A program made the position numbers and the translations under genes. The notes beneath the pieces were generated by a model that saw only the letters and a program-made list of their open reading frames with translations, had not been told where the DNA came from and did not search any database. From Candidatus Fermentibacteraceae bacterium (GTDB lineage Bacteria; Fermentibacterota; Fermentibacteria; Fermentibacterales; JCC-6), in the NCBI GenBank assembly GCA_030592635.1, contig JAUVIS010000003.1, positions 1-46,353 of the forward strand: a DNA stretch of 46,353 nt, written 5' to 3'. Positions within the stretch are counted from its first letter, which is position 1. The number at the start of each line of letters is the position of its first letter. Positions 10,244-17,436 of the stretch are shown here, piece by piece.

Positions 10244-10732
10244 ATGAGATTTTTAATTGTCCTCGTGACGATTCTTGCGGGAAGCGCAGTCGCCGGGGAT
10301 ACAGATATTGAAGTTGGTGGAAACGCCACTGTAAAGATCCGCGAGCAGCACATTTTTCCTACTCCGGTTTTCTATGCTCAGCCGGTTGGAGAACTTGCTT
10401 TCGGCTCTGTTGTAGAGATTACCGGAGAACAGGGTGACTGGTACAGCATTGAGGCCGATAATGGAATTAATGGCTGGGTTCATACAACCGCGTTAACCGG
10501 AGCTGTCCTTTCACAGGGCTCTCAAGGCACCGATGACAGCGACTTGATAATGCTTGCCGGTCGAGGGTTCAATGATGATGTTGAGAGCTCATATGCTGAA
10601 GGTAAGACTCTCCCCTGGGATGAAGTTGATGCCATAGAAGATATTACTGTGGAACCGGCAGTTCTTGAGGTTTTCCTGGTTGAAGGTCTTCTTCTCAAGA
10701 ACCTTCCTCCCGAAGAAGGAGGAAGACGATGA
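10244..10732 (+). CDS. Secreted SH3-domain protein
   Basis: Signal peptide; GDWY.I....G..GWVH bacterial SH3; LAGRGFN motif; AGGAGG RBS before ATG 10244. Confidence 0.8.
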   Translation: MRFLIVLVTILAGSAVAGDTDIEVGGNATVKIREQHIFPTPVFYAQPVGELAFGSVVEITGEQGDWYSIEADNGINGWVHTTALTGAVLSQGSQGTDDSDLIMLAGRGFNDDVESSYAEGKTLPWDEVDAIEDITVEPAVLEVFLVEGLLLKNLPPEEGGRR

Positions 10733-11688
10733 TCGCAATTCTGCTGATCACAATGACTGCTTTCGGTCTTGGAGACATTACGGATGTTCTGGGAAGCGAT
10801 GAGCTTGAAAGCGCTGTTACTGTCTACCAGGCTTTTGACGAAGCCAACCGCGAGATTACTGAAACGGAAGAATACTACATAGGCAGGGCTGTAGCAGCCA
10901 ACATACTTGCTTCATCAACACCCATGTTCGACTGGGATGCCGTGTTCTATGTAAACGAAGTGGGAGCGGTTATTGCCGGTTTTTCTCCAAAACCCTTCAC
11001 CTACGGTGGGTGGCACTTCATGATTCTTGACGATCAGGGCATCAATGCTCTGTCGTGCCCCGGTGGAATAGTTCTTCTCAACAAAGGTCTCTGTGATCTT
11101 GCGGTAAATGAGGATGAACTGGCGGCAATACTGGCCCACGAAGCTGCCCACATTGCCCTGAGTCATGGAATTCAATCTGTCGAAAAAGCAAAGTTTTCAT
11201 CAGCCTGGACAACGCTTGGCCATGAAGGCGCACAGCACCTGGGCAGCGACGATGTACAGGAGCTTTCTGAAAACTACGGCGATGTTGTAGACGACATCAC
11301 AATGAACCTTGTCACACGAGGTTACAGCCGCGATTCCGAGCAGCAGGCCGACAGCCTCGCTGTCCATATTCTGGCCAGTGCAGGATACGATCCAATGGCA
11401 CTTGTAACGCTGCTGAACAGAATGGATGAACTTACAGAAACGAGCGGGCCGGGCTTCTGGCAGACACACCCTGCTCCTTCCGACAGAGTCCAGTGGATCA
11501 TGGATGAAATTGAGAACAGCTCTCTGGCTTCGCCCCCCTCAGGAGAAATTGCTGTAAGAACAGCGAGGTTCGCTGAAAGATACACAAACGCAGACATAAC
11601 CCAGCCCACCGAAACATCCCGCAGAACAAGCTCCGGAAGTACCGATACAGAATCCGGTGGCCGAGCATCTTCAGGAGGCAGACGGTAA
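10729..11688 (+). CDS. M48 family metallopeptidase
   Basis: INALSCPGG, LAHEAAH zinc motif, YSRDSE..AD, THP....R. Confidence 0.92.
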   Translation: MIAILLITMTAFGLGDITDVLGSDELESAVTVYQAFDEANREITETEEYYIGRAVAANILASSTPMFDWDAVFYVNEVGAVIAGFSPKPFTYGGWHFMILDDQGINALSCPGGIVLLNKGLCDLAVNEDELAAILAHEAAHIALSHGIQSVEKAKFSSAWTTLGHEGAQHLGSDDVQELSENYGDVVDDITMNLVTRGYSRDSEQQADSLAVHILASAGYDPMALVTLLNRMDELTETSGPGFWQTHPAPSDRVQWIMDEIENSSLASPPSGEIAVRTARFAERYTNADITQPTETSRRTSSGSTDTESGGRASSGGRR

Positions 11689-11735
11689 TCTTTCCTCTGC
11701 TTCTTCTGCTTTCAGCCGCGCCCGGTGTCACGGGG

Positions 11736-12380
11736 ATGGTTCCCCACGACCCGGGCGCTTTTACTCAGGGGCTTGAAATCAGATGCGGCTTTCTCTGGGA
11801 AAGCACCGGCACTTACGGTCGATCCACATTCAGGAAAACCGATATGGAGACCGGAGAGGTTCTGGATTTACTCCGGCTTCCAGACACCGTTTTCGCGGAA
11901 GGATTTACCTTTCTGGACGACTCCACAGTATGCCTTCTAACCTGGAAAGAGCATACAGCATTCCTGCTGAATCCCTGGACAATGGAGATAGAGGATGAAT
12001 TCTATCTGAATACAGAGGGCTGGGGTATCTGCCGCACGGGTGAGTTTCTTGCACAAAGTGACGGCACAGCTGTCCTGCGTTTCAGAGACACAGGTGATTT
12101 CTCAATTCGTGATTCCATATCCGTCACCCTCAACGGCGAACCTCAGTTCTTTCTTAACGAGCTGGAATACCTTAACGGACAGATACTTGCAAATCAGTGG
12201 CGCACAGGCAGGATTCTTTTCATAAATCCGGAAAACGGTCATGTAGAGCGGGTTCTCAATCTCCGTGATGTAATTCCCCGATCCGGTGGTGTCCTTAACG
12301 GAATTGCAGCAGGTGAAGATGAAACTCTCTACTGCACAGGGAAGAACTGGCCGATTACTCTGATTCTGGATAACCTGTAG
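11736..12380 (+). CDS. Glutaminyl-peptide cyclotransferase (type I, beta-propeller)
   Basis: PHDP.AFTQGL, ESTG.YG.S, FAEG, LTWK, EGWG, LNELE, VLNGIA, TGKNW; true start probably upstream of 11736. Confidence 0.9.
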   Translation: MVPHDPGAFTQGLEIRCGFLWESTGTYGRSTFRKTDMETGEVLDLLRLPDTVFAEGFTFLDDSTVCLLTWKEHTAFLLNPWTMEIEDEFYLNTEGWGICRTGEFLAQSDGTAVLRFRDTGDFSIRDSISVTLNGEPQFFLNELEYLNGQILANQWRTGRILFINPENGHVERVLNLRDVIPRSGGVLNGIAAGEDETLYCTGKNWPITLILDNL

Positions 12381-12428
12381 GAACATCTGTATTGCTCTGC
12401 CTGATACACTATGTTATACCTTAAGTTT

Positions 12429-12440
12429 GTTTCCAGAAAC
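12429..12440. promoter_or_regulatory. Palindromic operator candidate GTTTC-CA-GAAAC
   Basis: Extends to TTGTTTC-CA-GAAACAA (12427-12442); same motif at 13588 upstream of paralog 2. Confidence 0.5.
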
Positions 12441-12480
12441 AACAATTCTGAATACATATCAGAACGAAAGGAAACTCATA

Positions 12481-13458
12481 ATGCCTAAACTACTGTTTGT
12501 TCTGCTTATCATTGCAACCGCTGCTTCAGCAAAATGGATTACCTCAACAATCGACTCCCCTGACGGAGATATATCAGGTCTCGCCTGGGGTGATGGTCAT
12601 CTGTGGGCAATGGATTCTGTTTCAGACAGCGTCTACAAGCTTGACCCGGCAACTGGCGACATTATCAGCAGTTTCTACTTCAACCATGCTGCAACAACGG
12701 TTCCTACCGGGCTTGCCTACTCCGAGAATCACAATATGGTGCTGTGCGGCGGCTGGTACATCTCCAACGGCTATGTATACAAATACTCTCCCACCGGTTC
12801 ATATCTGGGCATGGTGAACATGTGCGGCGGTTGAGGAAACCCTGTCTCGTCGGTGACGGGACTAAGCGTCAGCGGAAACTATCTCTTTCTTTCCTCCAGA
12901 TCACAGAAAAGAGTTTACCGGTACACACTTCCAGGTATAACCGGCAGACAGCTCCTTCTGTACATGCCTGCTTTCAATAAAACATGTGATATTGCCTTTA
13001 ATGCCGAAGACTCTCTTACATGGGCAGCCTCGGAAACCAGTGACCCTGCTGTCAAATGCTTTAATACTGAAAACGAAATGGTTGACTACATCAATATCAG
13101 CCTTATTCCAAATGCAAGAGGAATGACTCTTGATCCGGCGGGATTCCTCTGGATAAGCGACATTGATGCAGACAAAATTTATCAAGTCGATCTCTCTAAT
13201 GGTATCGAGGATGGCAACCAGCCCCCGGCAGGGCTGAATGTTATTCCCTCTTCAAATCCTTTCAGTGGCGCAGTTACCATTCAGGCACCGGGAATCCACG
13301 CTGAAATAACGGTGATTGATATGTATGGACGCCAGATAGAACATGACACTTTCCAGGAAAGCTGGACCTGGAATTCTTCAGCCCCGGCCGGCAACTACCT
13401 CTTTATCATCAAAGATGATCAGGGAGTATCTGCGATTCTGGACATGGTAAAGATTTAA
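12481..13458 (+). CDS. Putative secreted beta-propeller selenoprotein, paralog 1 (325 aa, CGGU, Sec118), C-terminal FlgD/T9SS-like domain
   Basis: ORFs 12481-12834 and 12853-13458 are in the same frame across TGA 12832-12834 (..MCGG*GNPVSSVTGL..); signal peptide only in the first part, sorting-like domain (NPF....I.......VIDMYGR) only in the second; SECIS-like hairpin follows. Confidence 0.8.
12844..12862 (+). promoter_or_regulatory. Bacterial SECIS-like hairpin 1
   Basis: Stem GTCTCGTC/GACGGGAC (8 bp, one G-U) with GGT loop starting 17 nt after the TGA. Confidence 0.7.
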
Positions 13459-13472
13459 CTGACTTCCCTCGG

Positions 13473-13507
13473 GAAACACCGGAGTATCTGCCCCGGTGTT
13501 TCTTTTT
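13473..13507 (+). terminator. Intrinsic terminator after paralog 1
   Basis: GAAACACCGG/CCGGTGTTTC stem followed by TTTTT. Confidence 0.85.
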
Positions 13508-13580
13508 GCGGTATTCTACATCCTTATTCCGGATTTCCGCGTTTCTGGTAACGAAGTCCCTGAAACGGGGCACACTGGCC

Positions 13581-13609
13581 TTGCCGCGTTTCTGGAAACT
13601 CTGTATCTT
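13581..13609 (+). promoter_or_regulatory. Sigma70-like promoter of paralog 2 with a palindrome in its spacer
   Basis: TTGCCG-17 nt-TATCTT; the spacer contains GTTTC-TG-GAAAC (13588-13599). Confidence 0.5.
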
Positions 13610-13661
13610 TCAAGTATCTTTCCCGCAATTGAGAATTTAATCGAATTCAAGGAGGTGCGCT

Positions 13662-14639
13662 GTGCGCAAAGTACTGCTGGTACTGCTTGTTATAGCAGCC
13701 GCAGCATCGGCCAAGGCAATAATAGCAACCCTGGATGCCCCTGATACCAACATATCCGGTCTTGCATGGGGTGAAGGTTCCCTTTGGGCTATGGATGCTG
13801 TTACTGATTATGTGTATGAACTTGATCCTGCGACAGGTGATGTGATCAACAGTTTCTACTTCGATCATATCACCACGATAGTTCCCACCGGCCTCGCCTA
13901 CTCCGAGAACCACAACATGGTTCTCTGCGGTGGCTGGTATAGTACTACCGGCTATGTTTTCAAGTACAGTCCCACCGGCTCATATCTGGGCATGGTGAAC
14001 ATGTGCGGCGGTTGAGGAAACCCTGTCTCGTCGGTGACGGGACTAAGCGCAAGCGGCAACTATGTTTTCCTCGGCTCAAGAAACCAGAATAGAGTTTACT
14101 ACTACACCCTTCCGGGAGTTAGCACAAGAAAAGACTTCACTTACATGACCGGGTTCGGTGCTACATGCGACATTGCAATGAATGCGGCAGACAGCCTTGT
14201 CTGGGTCGCTTCCGAAAATACAGGCCTGGCGGTAAAGTGCTATGATACCAACAATACAATGGTCGATTACATCAATGTGAGCCTGATACCAAACGCCAGG
14301 GGAATGGCTCTTGATCCCAGCGGCTATCTCTGGATCAGTGATATTGATGCCGACAAGATCTATCAGGTCGATCTTTCTGAAGGCATAGAGGAGGGCGATC
14401 AGGGCACTGAAGGATTCTCCGTTGTCCCCTCCGCCAACCCCTTCAGCGGTGCTGTTACATTCCAGGCACCCGGCGTGAATGCAACTGTTACCGTATTCGA
14501 TATGTATGGCCGTCAGGTTGAAAACGACAACTTCCAGGAATCCTGGACATGGAACTCTTCCGCCCCTGCGGGAAGCTACATATTCGTCATCACAGATGAT
14601 CAGGGAGAGTCAACAACCCTTGAATTGATGAAGATCTAG
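13662..14639 (+). CDS. Putative secreted beta-propeller selenoprotein, paralog 2 (325 aa, CGGU, Sec118), C-terminal FlgD/T9SS-like domain
   Basis: ORFs 13662-14015 and 14034-14639 are in frame across TGA 14013-14015; AAGGAGG RBS and GTG start; colinear with paralog 1. Confidence 0.8.
14025..14043 (+). promoter_or_regulatory. Bacterial SECIS-like hairpin 2
   Basis: Identical to hairpin 1 at the same spacing from the TGA. Confidence 0.7.
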
Positions 14640-14657
14640 ACGGTTTCAAAACACAAT

Positions 14658-14687
14658 GAAAACCCGGAGTTCAATCTCCGGGTTTTC
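14658..14687 (+). terminator. Intrinsic terminator after paralog 2
   Basis: GAAAACCCGGAG-TTCAAT-CTCCGGGTTTTC perfect 12-bp stem. Confidence 0.85.
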
Positions 14688-14734
14688 TATTGACAAACCT
14701 TAACAGGATTCCGATATTACCGCCTCGGCGCAGT

Positions 14735-14810
14735 GCCTCGATAGCTCAGTTGGCAGAGCGGGTGGCTGTTAACCACTAGGTCGGAGGTTCAAGTCCTCCT
14801 CGAGGCGCCA
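14735..14810 (+). tRNA. tRNA-Asn(GTT)
   Basis: 76-nt cloverleaf: acceptor GCCTCGA/TCGAGGC, D arm GCTC/GAGC, anticodon loop CT-GTT-AA, T loop TTCAAGT, encoded CCA; TTGACA at 14690 upstream. Confidence 0.97.
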
Positions 14811-14839
14811 AAGCCCCTTGACTTGTTTCAGGGGGCTTT
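14811..14839 (+). terminator. Hairpin/terminator after the tRNA
   Basis: AAGCCCCTTGA...TCAGGGGGCTTT inverted repeat. Confidence 0.7.
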
Positions 14840-14980
14840 CATTCAGCAACCGCAAAAGCTCTGAAACTCTCTTGTTTTTCCAAATAATTAGAATAAGAGC
14901 TACTTTGGGGAAATGAAATCGATGCCTTTTTCCTTCCTCAGTGACAGCAGGTGGGTTTTCATACTTCATGGAGCATTTTT

Positions 14981-15259
14981 TCATGTTGCCTTCATCAGCC
15001 CGAGTTCAGAATCCAATCTTTCAGCAAGATACACCTTCAATAATGATTGATACGGAATATCCTTCTTGTTTGCCAGGAGCTTCAGCTCTTCGATCATGGA
15101 CTCCGGCAATCTGAGGGAAATTGTTTTTGTTGAAGGTTTGAGTTTAGAGAGGGTTACTCGCTCTGCACTCTTCCAGTCCAGATATTCTGCTGAATCGTGG
15201 GTCTGCCAGAACTGTCGTTCCTCTTCTTCTGTCTTAAAGCCGGGTATTTCTTTTTTCAT
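14981..15259 (-). CDS. BrnA-family (CopG/RHH-like) antitoxin
   Basis: IP.FKTEEEER.FW.THDS.EY, ISLRLP...I..LK..A....IPYQSLLK. Confidence 0.88.
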   Translation of the reverse strand: MKKEIPGFKTEEEERQFWQTHDSAEYLDWKSAERVTLSKLKPSTKTISLRLPESMIEELKLLANKKDIPYQSLLKVYLAERLDSELGLMKAT

Positions 15260-15558
15260 TATTGAAACCTTCGTTCTTCTGTTTGTGTCATGTCCCTTGC
15301 CGATATGATCCTGATCAGCTGGCTTCTGATAACGAAGACAACAAAAAGCATCCTGTTCATATCGGTCTGTCCCAGCACATAAAACCGAGGTTCATGTTCC
15401 GAATGTGAGCTATCCCTTTGCAGAACAAACGGACGGTTAAAGAACACCTGCTCACATTCTGACCGGGTAACACAATGCTTTTTCCAGTTCTTCACTGCAT
15501 TGCCTTCATCCCGTTCGAATCCAATACAATCCCTGAGCATATCTCTTGGTTTAACCAT
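15259..15558 (-). CDS. BrnT-family ribonuclease toxin
   Basis: FExDEGN..KN..KH.V...E.EQVF, HS..E.R..VLG, IRIISAR; stop overlaps the antitoxin start. Confidence 0.9.
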   Translation of the reverse strand: MVKPRDMLRDCIGFERDEGNAVKNWKKHCVTRSECEQVFFNRPFVLQRDSSHSEHEPRFYVLGQTDMNRMLFVVFVIRSQLIRIISARDMTQTEERRFQ

Positions 15559-15565
15559 ACTTAAT

Positions 15566-15593
15566 GTATATTACTATCATATACTTCTGTCAA
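15566..15593 (-). promoter_or_regulatory. TA promoter with probable autoregulatory inverted repeat
   Basis: TTGACA on the minus strand at 15588-15593; GTATAT-N7-ATATAC at 15566-15584. Confidence 0.5.
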
Positions 15594-15895
15594 GGTAACA
15601 TCCTGCGATCAACAGTCCTGCGCAGCATTCTCTCCGTCACCAGCCTTCTCTCCCAGTAATCCCCCATCCTTTCAATCTCATCTTTCAATTCGTTCGGCAG
15701 CTTCAACAGATTCAGGAACTGAGTAACTCTTGCTCTAGAAATGCCGAGTTTTCTTGCAAGTCAGCCTTCGTCAGATTGTTCAACTCCATCTCCAGTTTCA
15801 TCTCTTTTGCCTGTATTATGGGGTTCCTGAAGATCTTTTTTGACTTTGGGATGAGCTTGTTACCGATGGTTGTATTGAACCGGAAAATAGTTCGC
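15590..15895 (-). pseudogene. ParB/KorB-like HTH protein remnant, copy 1
   Basis: ..KIFRNPIIQAKEMKLEMELNNLTKADL / frameshift near 15760 / ARKLGISRARVTQFLNLLKLPNELKDEIERMGDYWERRLVTERMLR. Confidence 0.7.
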
Positions 15896-16011
15896 TGGGA
15901 GACACGGTCAAGGCGCCAAAGGCACCATGATTAGCTCATGGGGCCTTTTTCAGTCATCTTGTTTGTATTGCAATGTGGTATGTTGCATATTTTGCGGTAT
16001 GAAAACTTCTT

Positions 16012-17436
16012 CTACAACTTCACTACCATGGTCGTAGCAATTGCTCCCGCGCATGAACCACTAATGTTGTAGCCACCCGCAGGAAGTTCATTGCCTTCAG
16101 AGTCACAACCATCCCAGAGAAAAGTATTACCACTGCTGCTGGAAATAGTCCTGACAATTCGCCCTGAAAAATCGTAGACCTCCAGTTGAGCTGGTACAAC
16201 AACTCCCTGAACGGCGATAGTTACGCTCTCAGAAAAAGGATTAGCAGAACTCTGAAGAACAAAAGGGTCAGTGTCAACAGGGGATGTACTTGATTCCTCA
16301 ACCTCGACCCAGTCGTGGTCGAACCAGCCCATGACTATCCAGTACCCGCTGACTTCTACATCTCCCTGGCTCCAGATAGCAAAAACATCACCATCATCAT
16401 TCGTAGCAGCTTCAAGACTGGCAATCTGCTGAACTTCCTCATCACTGTAGTCATAGGCTGCGTATGGTTCTTCAATGAAGTTGCCATTCTTATCTATTAT
16501 GGCAAAATAGACATAGTGATCACTCTGGAAATAAGCCAGCCACATCAGGTACAGAGTGTCTCCATCAGGTCCAGGGAGAATATTCATATACCAAGCACCA
16601 AGATTGGGCATCTCAACCTCTTTTATAACCAGTACATCACCAGTTTCAGAATCAACCTTGACTAAAGAAAGAACACTATAGGGGATTCCTTCTCTCGAAT
16701 AATAAAAGAAACACCAAAAATTGCCATCAACATCGACAGTAACAGATGTAGTCGGACGAAAGAAATCAAGTCCCTGAACCAGTTCAACAGGTGGTATCAC
16801 GATGTTACCTTCAAGATCATACTGAATGTAGGCGGGAAGAGCAAAACCGGCAAGGTAAACCACATGCACCCTGTTACCATCAACACAGATATTTGAGATA
16901 TCATCCAGGCTACCTGGAACTGTGTCTCTGAATACCTCACCAACTCCAGGCTCGAACACTGCGTAGCAGACCCCACCGGAAATCTCAAAGGAAGCATGTA
17001 TACGCCCAAGACTGTCACTGGAAGCTTCCACTCTTGGGCGACTCACATAGGAATCGGGGATCAGAAGGCTGGTGGGTACAAGTTCTGCACCAGAGCTGTC
17101 CCGAATAGTGTGCCAGGCGGGAGCCCCTTCTCTCCAGAACAAAGCAACACTATCCTCATTCACCAAACAGCTGGTGGTATAGCCTGACCATACCTGATTG
17201 GAAATCATAGTCTCCGGAAAAATAACTGTGCCGTCTGAGAGATAAACCTTGTAACCTACCCTTGTCTCCTGATTGAGATATCCCCATACCTGATGCAGCG
17301 TGTCAGTACCTGTAACTTGAATGGATTTGTGCTGCTGGCTGCTGTATGACCAAAGATCCTCAGTGATTATAGGATCGCTCCACCCTGGGGCATGGGTCAT
17401 CAGAAACAAGCCGGACAAAATCATCGACGGTAACAT
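16012..17436 (-). CDS. Secreted protein with C-terminal FlgD/T9SS-like domain
   Basis: Hydrophobic N-terminus, beta-rich repeats, ANPFSE.V.I.......LEVYDFSGRIVRT......WDG.D..G..LPAG.Y. Confidence 0.75.
   Translation of the reverse strand: MLPSMILSGLFLMTHAPGWSDPIITEDLWSYSSQQHKSIQVTGTDTLHQVWGYLNQETRVGYKVYLSDGTVIFPETMISNQVWSGYTTSCLVNEDSVALFWREGAPAWHTIRDSSGAELVPTSLLIPDSYVSRPRVEASSDSLGRIHASFEISGGVCYAVFEPGVGEVFRDTVPGSLDDISNICVDGNRVHVVYLAGFALPAYIQYDLEGNIVIPPVELVQGLDFFRPTTSVTVDVDGNFWCFFYYSREGIPYSVLSLVKVDSETGDVLVIKEVEMPNLGAWYMNILPGPDGDTLYLMWLAYFQSDHYVYFAIIDKNGNFIEEPYAAYDYSDEEVQQIASLEAATNDDGDVFAIWSQGDVEVSGYWIVMGWFDHDWVEVEESSTSPVDTDPFVLQSSANPFSESVTIAVQGVVVPAQLEVYDFSGRIVRTISSSSGNTFLWDGCDSEGNELPAGGYNISGSCAGAIATTMVVKL

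Larger units (their letters stand above)
14803..15921. mobile_element. Degenerate tRNA-Asn-integrated islet bounded by an 11-bp direct repeat
   Basis: AGGCGCCAAAG at 14803-14813 (tRNA 3' end) and at 15911-15921, each followed by a hairpin; encloses a TA pair and an HTH remnant; no integrase. Confidence 0.5.

Noticed and set aside
12427-12480. TTG start at 12427 for paralog 1
   Set aside because: ATG 12481 has an AAAGGA RBS, opens the signal peptide and gives the same length as paralog 2
12832-14015. Genome-wide UGA reassignment (code 4 or 25) as the explanation of the in-frame TGAs
   Set aside because: Conserved genes such as der, tyrS, def and ftsE end at TGA at normal length, and no other gene here has an internal TGA
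12853-14639. Independent 201-aa genes starting at GTG 12853 and GTG 14034
   Set aside because: No well-spaced RBS, start buried in the hairpin, no signal peptide despite a secretion-type tail
14735-14810. tRNA next to the selenoprotein pair being tRNA-Sec or a UGA suppressor
   Set aside because: Anticodon is GTT, length 76 nt, short variable loop
14769-14984. 71-aa ORF ending WRLEEDLNLRPSG
   Set aside because: Antisense shadow of the tRNA
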